Origin: an uncultured bacterium
GTDB taxonomy: Bacteria > Bdellovibrionota_B > Oligoflexia > CAYFLR01
Reading direction: 5' to 3'
Length of the DNA stretch: 64,000 nucleotides
Assembly (NCBI GenBank): GCA_964343805.1
Contig: CAYFLR010000002.1
Coordinates: forward strand, 48,175 to 112,174
The notes below the pieces were generated by a model. That model was not told the origin of the DNA, did no database searches, and saw only the letters and a program-made list of their open reading frames with translations. The position numbers and the translations under genes are program-made. How positions within the stretch are numbered: the first letter of the stretch is position 1; the number at the start of each line of letters is the position of its first letter. This document shows, in pieces, positions 19,227 through 27,775 of the stretch.

Positions 19227-20606
19227 ATGAAGCGGAAAATGGTTTTTTTGATTTCTTTTATAGCACTATCCTTTTTTCTGCCGAGCCAAAGAATAATGGC
19301 CTCTATGATGGATGATGTGATTGCTCTTGAAAAGGCGGTAGGACAGCTTAAAGGTAAGCAGCAAACTGACATTAGCACCCTAACTAGCAAAATTGCCAAG
19401 CTAGAGGCGAAAATAAAGACCATGCGTGCAAATGTAAAAAAAGATGTAAAAAAAGAGCTTAAGAAGGCGATTGCTCGGGTTAAGGCTTCGGCACCAGCAA
19501 GAGTTGCAGATACACCAGCACCACCTCCCCCACCCGCTCCGGTCGCTGCTGCACCAGCCCAAGGCAATGCTATTGATACCAATCGTATTTTAAATGATCT
19601 GAATCTCATTAAAACAGCCATCTTAAAACTACAGCAAGGTGTTAAAGTAGCAGATGGTGGAAAAGGGGGAGATTCTTTCAAAGAGCTGGAAAAAGCAGTT
19701 GAGGAGTTAAAAGGTAAAGTTGGAAAAGCAGAAGCACCAGCCGAGAGCAGTAGCCCTGTATCCGGAAGTGCCACTGTCATTTTACTGGCAATGGATCAAG
19801 CCAAAGATGAAGAAGCCAATATCAATTCTGCCGTCACCGATGCCTCTATTGGCTTTTCAGCCACCAAAGGAAAAGTCTCTATGGAGATGGAAGTGGATGC
19901 CCTTTCCTTTATTGAAGGCGGAGAAATTGGGGTAGGAACCTTTTTGGGAAAAGCAACCATTGGCTATGACTGTGGCAGTGGTTGGTCATTTTTGGCTGGA
20001 AAAGGTGAAGTGGGTTACGGTCAGGCTTTTAATCCTTTTAGTTATCTTGATCAATATGTTGAAAGTGAGGCCTTTGCAGGGGTAGATGGAGTGATGGTCT
20101 GGGTGACCAGTTACAGTACTGAAGCCTTCGCTAACAGCTTTTCACTCTTTAAAAATGGTGATGAGAGTATGACTATGAATCGCCGAGTGAGTTTTGCCAA
20201 TAAGATTGAGCTCACCTCTTTAGGGAAAGTGACCCCTCAACTTTCAATTATGGCTATCAATGTAAAAGAGCTTGAAAAGTTCGTGACGGGAGTTTCTGTT
20301 GGATTTCAGTTTAAACAAGATGCTCTTGAACTCGGGGTGGAAGTATTAAGTGGTAAAGATGCGGATGATAAGAGCCCCATGACTTTTGATTTAGGCTTAA
20401 GTTATGGTGTGAATGATAATTTTAGCTTGATGGCAGCCGCTGGTTACAGCAAATCAGAAGAGACTGAAAAAATGCATGTGGACATAGGTTTTAGCTATTC
20501 TCTCGCAGATGGAGCCTCTTTAGAAAATGACTTTAGATACGATGCTGACCAAAAAGGTGAGACCCATACAATTGAGAATCACCTCGGATTAAACTTCGAA
20601 TTTTAA
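19227..20606 (+). CDS. Outer-membrane beta-barrel protein with N-terminal coiled-coil and Pro/Ala-rich linker
   Basis: RBS GAGGAG precedes ATG 19227, with a signal peptide MKRKMVFLISFIALSFF. It contains a PAPPPPPAPVAAAPA linker. The C-terminal half has alternating beta-strand character and ends ..GLNFEF with a terminal Phe. Confidence 0.55.
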   Translation: MKRKMVFLISFIALSFFLPSQRIMASMMDDVIALEKAVGQLKGKQQTDISTLTSKIAKLEAKIKTMRANVKKDVKKELKKAIARVKASAPARVADTPAPPPPPAPVAAAPAQGNAIDTNRILNDLNLIKTAILKLQQGVKVADGGKGGDSFKELEKAVEELKGKVGKAEAPAESSSPVSGSATVILLAMDQAKDEEANINSAVTDASIGFSATKGKVSMEMEVDALSFIEGGEIGVGTFLGKATIGYDCGSGWSFLAGKGEVGYGQAFNPFSYLDQYVESEAFAGVDGVMVWVTSYSTEAFANSFSLFKNGDESMTMNRRVSFANKIELTSLGKVTPQLSIMAINVKELEKFVTGVSVGFQFKQDALELGVEVLSGKDADDKSPMTFDLGLSYGVNDNFSLMAAAGYSKSEETEKMHVDIGFSYSLADGASLENDFRYDADQKGETHTIENHLGLNFEF

Positions 20607-20923
20607 GCACTTTTGGGAAGGGCAACCACGTTGCTCTTCTCTTCACCCTTCTCTTCACTCTTCTCTTCACTCTTCTCAATTCTGGTCATTTTACTTAAAT
20701 CATCAAACTGCAGATCTACCAACACCCCTTTTTCCGGTTTGAATATCACCTCACCTTTGAGGCTCTCACTGACCAAATATTTGACGAGTTGAATGCTGGC
20801 ATAGACCGCATCTTGTGAGAGATCAATTTTGGGAGGTGGCATAAAGGGTTGGTTTGCATTTGTATCCGAAAGGGATATTTTTGGTTTTGGGGGTAATAAA
20901 AACTTTGGAGTTTTATATTGCAA
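20603..20923 (-). CDS. C-terminal part of the frameshifted 22560 gene (EKSE-repeat tail)
   Basis: The sequence looks coding (PPKPKISLSD..VYASIQLVKYLVSESLKGEVIFKPEKG..), whereas the overlapping tail of the 604-aa ORF looks non-coding. This frame is open only from 20965. Confidence 0.45.
   Translation of the reverse strand: MQYKTPKFLLPPKPKISLSDTNANQPFMPPPKIDLSQDAVYASIQLVKYLVSESLKGEVIFKPEKGVLVDLQFDDLSKMTRIEKSEEKSEEKGEEKSNVVALPKSA
20633..20677. repeat. 12-bp tandem repeat (about 3.75 units) encoding EKSE repeats
   Basis: Units are TTCACCCTTCTC (20642-20653) and TTCACTCTTCTC (20654-20665 and 20666-20677). The minus strand translates as EKSEEKSEEKGEEKS. Confidence 0.8.
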
Positions 20924-22560
20924 TCCATATTGCTGTAGGAAACCCCATCGGTGCTCTTCAAAAGTTCAGTAATAATAAATCCACACATGAGAGCCGTTTT
21001 TATACTCACATAGACCTGATCCTGTTCATAAGGATCATTAACAAAGTTCCCGTCCTCTCTATGCCCTCGGTATTCATCAATATAATTTTTCAAAATGCTT
21101 CTTAAGAAGTGATTGAAATTAACTCCGGGATTATCCTTATCACTTTGAATGGTAAGGAGGGTGTGTCTGAGAGTCCGTAACTTATCCTGTAACACGCTTT
21201 TAAAAGTAATTTGATCCATCTCTGTTAAATACTCTTCCTGCCATTTGATTAAATACTCCATAATAACTACTTGCTCCGACATCAAGTCTTTAAACTCATC
21301 AAAGAGCTCTCCGTTAGAAATGATAGGACGTGGCTCTTCTTTGGGAATGGGAGGAATAAGCTTTTGCCAGCTCGGTATAATGACCACCGGTTTTTGTTGC
21401 TTTTTTTGAGTCTGATCATTGGTAAGGTTGGCAAGTCCCTCGACCGATTTCTTCGATTCTGGTGATTTAGGCGTTTTAGGCATTTTGGGAATATTTTTCA
21501 AATTGGCAAAAGGGATTTTTTCTGGAATGTGATCCGGTTTTTGAATAGGACCTAATGGAATGGTCTGCTGTTTTTGATTATTTTTATTGCTCTTTTTTCT
21601 GCGGAGAATTCGATCCACAGCAAAGAGAGTTGTTTGTTGTTCTTTAGTGAGTGAGATTTCTTTTCGCTCAGCCACCACCAGTTTAATTTCTTCCTTTTTG
21701 GGCTCATTTAAGAGAAGAGGGGGTTCGTAAGTATTTTTTTCTGTTGAATAGCCAATGCCAATCTCGTGCTGCCATTTTTTTATTTGATCAGATGAAGGTG
21801 TGGGGCACACTTCATCACTTTTAAATGAAGTGATGGTTTTTGAAGGTGGAATAACTGGGGAAGCGATCTTTTTATTTGAAACCAGTAGAGTATGATGAAC
21901 CGTTTCTTGAAGAATATGATTAAAAATTTGAGAACCAAACCGTTCGTAAAGCTCAAAAAGACTTTCACCCTCTTTTTGGTGAAGGGAATGGTAAGAGATT
22001 AGGGTATTTATTATATCTGGTAGAAGTGACTGATCCAAGTTTTGAGCTAAATAGGCTTTAGTCCTTTGGTAAGGGGAAGGGGTGTTTATCAAAAATAAAT
22101 GATAGCCTTCTGATTGTTTTACTAATGCAATATCTAGTGGGGTTTTAACTTTTAATCCACTGTTACAACCAAAAATTCCAATGCCAAAGGACTCAGTAGA
22201 AAAGTTTTCATTAGGGTAGCTACTTAACTGTTCTGCCAGCCAAATTGCTTCATTTAGCGTCACAAACGAATGGTTATCAGCAAGATCATTAGAACAAGTG
22301 GAAATCACATAATGAGAGCTATAAAGATCACTTTGTAGATAATTTAAATCCGTTAAGGCTTCGATCATTTCTGCCTGGTGTTCTCTTTTTATGAAAAACC
22401 CCAAACGGTCACCTTGGATTTGCTTGATAAAACCATCATGTGCAGTGGCAACCTGGGTGATCTTCTCAAGTTTTCCTTTAGAATATTGTTTAACCGAAAA
22501 AGTGGGGATAATTACACATAGATCATTGTTAATATTAAAAAAAAGTGGTCGAGTGGTCAT
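20746..22560 (-). CDS. Large hypothetical protein (N-terminal ~540 aa of a frameshifted gene)
   Basis: RBS AGGAGA precedes ATG 22560 and there is no signal peptide. A central Lys/Pro/Gln-rich low-complexity linker is present. No family recognised. The last ~55 codons look out of frame. Confidence 0.6.
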   Translation of the reverse strand: MTTRPLFFNINNDLCVIIPTFSVKQYSKGKLEKITQVATAHDGFIKQIQGDRLGFFIKREHQAEMIEALTDLNYLQSDLYSSHYVISTCSNDLADNHSFVTLNEAIWLAEQLSSYPNENFSTESFGIGIFGCNSGLKVKTPLDIALVKQSEGYHLFLINTPSPYQRTKAYLAQNLDQSLLPDIINTLISYHSLHQKEGESLFELYERFGSQIFNHILQETVHHTLLVSNKKIASPVIPPSKTITSFKSDEVCPTPSSDQIKKWQHEIGIGYSTEKNTYEPPLLLNEPKKEEIKLVVAERKEISLTKEQQTTLFAVDRILRRKKSNKNNQKQQTIPLGPIQKPDHIPEKIPFANLKNIPKMPKTPKSPESKKSVEGLANLTNDQTQKKQQKPVVIIPSWQKLIPPIPKEEPRPIISNGELFDEFKDLMSEQVVIMEYLIKWQEEYLTEMDQITFKSVLQDKLRTLRHTLLTIQSDKDNPGVNFNHFLRSILKNYIDEYRGHREDGNFVNDPYEQDQVYVSIKTALMCGFIITELLKSTDGVSYSNMDCNIKLQSFYYPQNQKYPFRIQMQTNPLCHLPKLISHKMRSMPAFNSSNIWSVRASKVR

Positions 22561-22624
22561 CTTCTTCTCCTATATAATTCGCCGTAACTCTATTATCGGA
22601 AATTAGCTAGGAGTCTTGAGGTAA

Positions 22625-24364
22625 TTAATGCAGCTCTACCGCTATCCCATCAATATCAAAACCATACATTTCAAAATTATCGTCACTGACCACTTTGAGG
22701 ATCATTGTATTTCCTGGAACGATAGGTGAAAAATCATTTTTAATCCGACGGCTTTGCTTGGCAATCAGCTCTCCCTCTCCGTTATAAAAGAGGACGTAGT
22801 CTCGGCTTTCAAAGCTAAAACGACTGAAATGGACAGCCATCCGTTTGGCATTTTCTACCTTGATAGTATAAGTTTTTTCCCAGTTAGCAGGGTATTTATG
22901 GGGGGTGGAAAGTTCATAGGGAAGACGTTGCCAGTTATGGGGGTCATCAGGGTCTTTAGGAGCCGTTTGATTGGTTAAAGCATAATAAGCATCTGCGATA
23001 GCCCCTTTCTTTAAAAATTTCCTTAAAGAATATCGGGGGCGGGCTCCATTTACAATCCGTCTTTTGATCTCATCAGGCAGGAGGGTGGAGTCTTGAGCTA
23101 AAAGAAGAGCCGCAATTCCAGTGACATGAGGTGCTGCCATAGATGTTCCTGACCAGCTTTCCAGACCATTCATAGTATTACTAAGAACCTCATGTCCAGG
23201 GGCAGCAATATCAACCGAGTTGGCACCATAGCTGCTACCAAATGGATAGTTTGGGTGTTCATGATTCGACCATGTGACCAGGTTTCCTTCATTATTAATG
23301 GCTGCTACGGAAATAACATTATTGAGTTTATAGCTTGCTGGATAGAACCCTGCCTCATCATTCGTTGTGCCTTCATTTCCTGCAGCAGCAACAATCAAAA
23401 TATGAGCCGCTTTGGCTCGTTCAATGGCTTCTCTAAGAGGGGTAACTTCGTAATCCTCTGTTTCATCATCGTCCTCATATCCCCAAGAGCAGTTTATAAT
23501 TCTGGCCCCTTTTTCAATCGCATAATCAATGCCTTGGATAGCAGCAGAGATATAGCCTTCATTATCTTGATCCAGCCACTTTAAAGCCATCATTTTAATA
23601 TGTGAGTTAATGCCGGCAATCCCTAAACTGTTATCTCCTTTAGCTCCAATCACACCGGCAATATGGGTTCCATGCCCGTGATTATCCATTGGTTCAGCAA
23701 CTTCTTTACTGAAATCGTAGCCATAAATATCATCTACATAGCCATTGTTATCATCATCTATCCCAGGGGCCCCATTTTGCTCTTCAATATTGACCCAAAT
23801 ATTATCCTTTAGATCTGGGTCGTGGTAATTAATTCCGGTATCAATAATAGCCACCAGAATATCACTGGAACCCTTGGTTATTTCCCATGCTTTTTCAATA
23901 TTAATATCAATTCCTGGTGTTCCTTTGACTCCTGAGAGACGAGGTTGACCAGTATTTTTCATAGCCCATTGTTTAGGGTAAGCGGGATCATTCACCGGAG
24001 CAAAATAACTTAGAGGGGGTAAATTTAGTAAATTGGGAAAGGGTACCTCATGGGAGAAGCGGACTACTTTCTGCTTACGATGAATAAGCTTTTTATTTTT
24101 GACTACATAGAGAGCCCCAAACTGTTCTTTTAAAGTATTAATCCAAATTTTTTGTTCCGCTAAGGAGTCAAAAATTTTGCTTACCTTTACTAACTCACTT
24201 TTCCCTTTAAGAATCTTGAATTTATTGCTATTTAGGAGAGCTTCAAGTTCATGATTTGAATAAGATTGAGGGGATTTAGGGAGCTTAATGAGAAAGGAGG
24301 TTGTCCCTGCCATGAGATTTGACAAAAATAAACCTATTATTAGTAATGATAGAACCTTATTCAT
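22625..24364 (-). CDS. Secreted subtilisin-like serine protease (peptidase S8)
   Basis: Signal peptide present. The catalytic motifs are Asp AIIDTGINYHDPDL, His HGHGTHIAGVIGA and Ser SGTSMAAPHVTGIAALL. An extra ~110-aa beta-rich C-terminal domain follows. Confidence 0.9.
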   Translation of the reverse strand: MNKVLSLLIIGLFLSNLMAGTTSFLIKLPKSPQSYSNHELEALLNSNKFKILKGKSELVKVSKIFDSLAEQKIWINTLKEQFGALYVVKNKKLIHRKQKVVRFSHEVPFPNLLNLPPLSYFAPVNDPAYPKQWAMKNTGQPRLSGVKGTPGIDINIEKAWEITKGSSDILVAIIDTGINYHDPDLKDNIWVNIEEQNGAPGIDDDNNGYVDDIYGYDFSKEVAEPMDNHGHGTHIAGVIGAKGDNSLGIAGINSHIKMMALKWLDQDNEGYISAAIQGIDYAIEKGARIINCSWGYEDDDETEDYEVTPLREAIERAKAAHILIVAAAGNEGTTNDEAGFYPASYKLNNVISVAAINNEGNLVTWSNHEHPNYPFGSSYGANSVDIAAPGHEVLSNTMNGLESWSGTSMAAPHVTGIAALLLAQDSTLLPDEIKRRIVNGARPRYSLRKFLKKGAIADAYYALTNQTAPKDPDDPHNWQRLPYELSTPHKYPANWEKTYTIKVENAKRMAVHFSRFSFESRDYVLFYNGEGELIAKQSRRIKNDFSPIVPGNTMILKVVSDDNFEMYGFDIDGIAVELH

Positions 24365-24585
24365 TAAAATCTCTCCTCTGTTTTTCTATAACCATTTCAT
24401 ATGAAGGTTTTTTATAGCATGATTTTATTTATAATCAAAATAAATTTATATAAAATATAAGTTATGCTTCTCTATAGCATTTAAATGGATAATTTATGGT
24501 AAAGCACCAATATTATAGTAACAATAAAAAAAATAAGGATCTAATTTCAGCTATTTGTAAATTAGTACTTGCTAATATTCTTAAA

Positions 24586-24606
24586 TAGTAATAATATTTA
24601 TTACTA
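24586..24606. promoter_or_regulatory. Perfect 9-3-9 palindrome, candidate operator upstream of the MBL-rhodanese gene
   Basis: TAGTAATAA-TAT-TTATTACTA. Its 3' end lies 38 bp upstream of ATG 24644. Confidence 0.35.
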
Positions 24607-24643
24607 GTAGGAACAAGTTGAATTGAATAAATGGAGGTTCAAA

Positions 24644-25084
24644 ATGGTACAAGTCAAACAACATTATTTAGGATGTTTAGCTCAAGCGAGCTATGTAATT
24701 ATAAGTGAAGGAAAAGGTTTCATCATCGACCCACGTCGTGATGTTGAAATTTATATGAGAGAATCAGAAGAGTTAGAATATGAAATCAATGGGGTCATGT
24801 TAACCCATATTCATGCTGACTTTGTAGCAGGTCATCAAGCCCTTAGTAAATACACAAAGGCCCCTATTTATATAGGAAAACAGGGTAATGCGGCCTATGA
24901 CCATATTGCTGTTGAGGACGGAATGACTTTAGAATTTGGAAAGGCTCGGTTAGAGTTTCTAGAAACTCCAGGGCATACACCAGGTGATGTTTCTATCGTT
25001 CTTTATGATCTCAGTGAGTCTGCAACTAAACCCAAAGCAGTTTTTACGGGCGATACACTATTTAATGGTGGCAGCCGGTTTTAA
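24644..25084 (+). CDS. MBL-fold metallo-hydrolase (glyoxalase II / persulfide dioxygenase-like), N-terminal part of frameshifted gene
   Basis: RBS GGAGG precedes ATG 24644. It carries the HxHxDH motif THIHADFVAGH, plus ETPGHTPG and FTGDTLF. It stops at TAA 25082-25084 directly after a T4 run. Confidence 0.8.
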   Translation: MVQVKQHYLGCLAQASYVIISEGKGFIIDPRRDVEIYMRESEELEYEINGVMLTHIHADFVAGHQALSKYTKAPIYIGKQGNAAYDHIAVEDGMTLEFGKARLEFLETPGHTPGDVSIVLYDLSESATKPKAVFTGDTLFNGGSRF

Positions 25085-26033
25085 AGCAGAAGATTTAGCT
25101 GATCAACTCTTCGATTCATTACATCAAAAGCTGATGAAACTTCCTGATGAGACAATCCTTTACCCTGGTCATGGACAAGGATCACTCTGTGGTAAGAAAC
25201 TATGCGGCAGCACAGTTAGTACAATTGGTGTCCAAAGAGAAAGCAATCAGGTTCTACAAATTAAAGACAGAGCTGAATTTGTTAAATCAATCACATCAAA
25301 TCAAGCATTTGCCCCTAAATACTTTGGTATGGATGCCAAAATCAACCAACAAGGTGCAAAGCATGATATTGGTGAATTGATGGAAATTGTGAAGCCCATG
25401 GAACTAGAAGAATTTAAGGCCGCTATTGAAAGCGGTGAGTTTAACCTACTTGACTCAAGAGACTCTTTTGACTTTTCAGATAGTTTCATCCCTGGTTTTA
25501 CCAATGTCTGCCTTGATGGGAAATTTGCTACTTGGTCAGGTATATTGATGGATCTTTCCAAGCCGATAATCTTTGTGGCAGATGATGAAGAGCATGAAGA
25601 AACAATAATTCGTTTAGCGAGAGTTGGATTGGATAATATTCATGGATATCTCAAGGGAGGCATGGAAGCTTGGGAAGAGAAGTATGATAATACCATGTCT
25701 TTTAAAAGATATAGTGCCATGAAGTCACTCAATCTCATGTTAAAAGATAAATTTGCTAATGTAATAGACATTCGAGCAGAGCAAGAGTTAGAAGCCGAAG
25801 GATCCATTGCCGGTTCTGAACACTTTGATTTAGTAAACTTCATGGATGAATTTGAAACCAAGTTTGCTAACAAAGAAGAACCTATTTTACTGTTTTGTAA
25901 AAATGGATATCGATCTGCCACCGCCATTAGCCTCTTGAAAAATAAAGGTTATGGGAATATATATGATATTCGTGGTGGCTATGAAAGCTGGAAGGCTTCC
26001 GGCCTGCCTATCGATCAAGACATCGAAGGCTAG
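25065..26033 (+). CDS. C-terminal part of the MBL gene plus two rhodanese domains
   Basis: KAEDLADQLFDSLHQKLMKLPDETILYPGHGQGSLCGK continues the MBL fold. Two rhodanese-like domains follow, and the last has the active-site loop CKNGYRSA. Confidence 0.8.
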   Translation: MVAAGFKAEDLADQLFDSLHQKLMKLPDETILYPGHGQGSLCGKKLCGSTVSTIGVQRESNQVLQIKDRAEFVKSITSNQAFAPKYFGMDAKINQQGAKHDIGELMEIVKPMELEEFKAAIESGEFNLLDSRDSFDFSDSFIPGFTNVCLDGKFATWSGILMDLSKPIIFVADDEEHEETIIRLARVGLDNIHGYLKGGMEAWEEKYDNTMSFKRYSAMKSLNLMLKDKFANVIDIRAEQELEAEGSIAGSEHFDLVNFMDEFETKFANKEEPILLFCKNGYRSATAISLLKNKGYGNIYDIRGGYESWKASGLPIDQDIEG

Positions 26034-26162
26034 TTTTGGCGTCCATAAACGAACATCTACTTTGTTAGCCAAAAAAATCGTATCGAATCCGTACTAAGTT
26101 CGTACTGTCTTCTCACGATTTTTTTAGCTGCCTTGTAGATGCCCGTTTCTGTTAGCCAAAAC
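26033..26162. repeat. About 130-bp imperfect inverted repeat (MITE-like or structured-RNA-like)
   Basis: The arms at 26033-26081 and 26115-26162 match at about 36 of 49 positions by hand alignment. The termini are GTTTTGGC and GCCAAAAC, with inner stems AAAAAAATCGT and ACGATTTTTTT. Confidence 0.5.
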
Positions 26163-26239
26163 TTTAGGCTTATAAATGGTACTTTCACTACGTTGTCTTA
26201 AAAAACTACTATGTAGGCTGTTTAAATTTGGAGGAAGTG

Positions 26240-26707
26240 ATGATTGAAGAAGGAAAAAAGGCACCTGATTTTAAATTAATTAATCAGTCAGGAGAGACGG
26301 TTCAATTGAAAGAGTTTAAGGGAAAGAAGAACGTCGTACTCTACTTTTACCCCAAAGCTATGACTCCGGGTTGTACTACCCAAGCTTGTGGACTTCGTGA
26401 TGTCAATAAGGAGTTAGAAGATTTAGATACCGTGGTTTTAGGAGTGAGTCCGGACTCACCGTCTCGTCTGGAAAAATTCATCGGCAAACAGGATCTGAAT
26501 TTTACCCTGCTTTCAGATGAAGACCATCAGGTGGCTGAAGATTACGGTGTTTGGCAACTGAAAAAGAATTATGGCAGAGAGTATATGGGAATTGTTCGCA
26601 CCACCTTCGTGATCAGTAAGCAAGGAAAGCTTCATAAAGTTCTCAAAAAGTTTAAGACCAAAGATCACCACGAGGTGGTTATGGATGTTATTAAGCAGAT
26701 GGATTAG
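26240..26707 (+). CDS. bcp: Thioredoxin-dependent peroxiredoxin Bcp
   Basis: APDFKL..G..V.L..FKGKKNVVLYFYPKAMTPGCTTQAC is the Bcp/PrxQ signature. RBS GGAGGA lies 5 nt before ATG 26240. Confidence 0.9.
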   Translation: MIEEGKKAPDFKLINQSGETVQLKEFKGKKNVVLYFYPKAMTPGCTTQACGLRDVNKELEDLDTVVLGVSPDSPSRLEKFIGKQDLNFTLLSDEDHQVAEDYGVWQLKKNYGREYMGIVRTTFVISKQGKLHKVLKKFKTKDHHEVVMDVIKQMD

Positions 26708-27645
26708 AACTTGCCTGGAAAAAAGGTGTTAAATAAGAGAATGATCAGAGGAAAAGATCCAATAGCTGTCAAAAAGCTAAAGAGAAGTAACTGATTGGCA
26801 ATATTGCGATCCCCTCCCTCTTTCTCCACCATGATTGGTACAAAGGTGAGGGGAGGAGAGGCTGCTTGTAAGATGATGATGAAAGCAATCATAATGGGCG
26901 GCTTGATTATGAGAATAAGAATTAAGAATAAGAGTGGAAATAAAAAGTTTTTCACCGCTACAAATTTGAGTATAGCCTTCCAATGAAAAGTGCTTCTGCG
27001 CTTCAAATCAAGATAAATATTCCCGCCAATAATTAAGAAAATGATAGGGATGGTTATCTGTCCTACCATTTTGATGGCTCCTTTCATGAAAAGAGGAATC
27101 CAATTATGTGCTCCAATTAGAACCAGTAGGACTGCTAAAACGGTCCCTAATGTCGTGGGATTAGAGATACTGAACCAGTTAAATTTGACAGTTTTATGGG
27201 AAAGGAGTTGGGGCAATAGGAAAAAGAAGTAGATGGGATAGGCCACTACAAATAAGAAAAGATAGACCAAGATGATATGATTTGGACCAAACATACTACT
27301 CAGCATGGAGACCGGAAAAAAGATGGAGTTCTGAAAAAGTAAAGAGACTAAAAACTCCTTTCTGATTTTGGGATTCACCCACCAAGAACAGGGAAAAACT
27401 AAAGCAACGGTGAGTAGGGTAAAACCAAGCCACCAAAGAGGGAGGAGCCACCAGTCTGTCATGACCTCTGGATTAAAATGATTGATCACATTGGTGAAAA
27501 TCATGCAAGGGAGGGCAATCTCAATGGCGAGTGTTATGAGAGGGGGAAATAATTTTTCAGATACTATTTTACGGTTCATAACCCAGAAGCCGAGAATGCC
27601 TAGAGATAGTAAGGTAGCGACAGCTTGAAAAGATTCTACTAACAT
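26704..27645 (-). CDS. Membrane permease, AEC (auxin efflux carrier) family-like
   Basis: A 313-aa polytopic membrane protein with about 10 hydrophobic segments and RBS AAGGA. The family call rests on overall architecture only. Confidence 0.55.
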   Translation of the reverse strand: MLVESFQAVATLLSLGILGFWVMNRKIVSEKLFPPLITLAIEIALPCMIFTNVINHFNPEVMTDWWLLPLWWLGFTLLTVALVFPCSWWVNPKIRKEFLVSLLFQNSIFFPVSMLSSMFGPNHIILVYLFLFVVAYPIYFFFLLPQLLSHKTVKFNWFSISNPTTLGTVLAVLLVLIGAHNWIPLFMKGAIKMVGQITIPIIFLIIGGNIYLDLKRRSTFHWKAILKFVAVKNFLFPLLFLILILIIKPPIMIAFIIILQAASPPLTFVPIMVEKEGGDRNIANQLLLFSFLTAIGSFPLIILLFNTFFPGKF

Positions 27646-27679
27646 GTGAGTCCTTATATTTTCTAATAACTGGCATTAA

Positions 27680-27693
27680 TTGACTTAAGTCAA
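27680..27693. promoter_or_regulatory. FNR/CRP-family type palindrome TTGAC-N4-GTCAA upstream of hcp
   Basis: Perfect 14-bp palindrome TTGACTTAAGTCAA in the divergent 27646-27775 intergenic region. Its 3' end is 83 bp upstream of the hcp ATG. Confidence 0.5.
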
Positions 27694-27775
27694 GGTTTCT
27701 TCCCTCAGCATAGCATACTTTAAATAAGGTTAATTAAAATCTTTAGTTTTATAAATATACGTTCAGGAGGTCCTC

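Noticed and set aside
19202-19780. 192-aa minus-strand ORF antisense to the OM barrel gene
   Set aside because: It is the mirror image of the Pro/Ala/Lys-rich coding region on the plus strand and gives low-complexity Ala/Gly/Ser sequence. It has no RBS, and the plus-strand gene has a signal peptide and a barrel terminus.
20633-20677. Short tandem repeat considered as a possible CRISPR-like or regulatory array
   Set aside because: It has a 12-bp period with no spacers, lies inside an ORF and translates in frame to EKSE repeats. It is a coding low-complexity repeat.
26083-26095. TCGAATCC string resembling a tRNA T-loop inside the long inverted repeat
   Set aside because: No flanking T-stem, acceptor stem or anticodon arm can be drawn. 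No tRNA-like cloverleaf was found in any intergenic region of the window.
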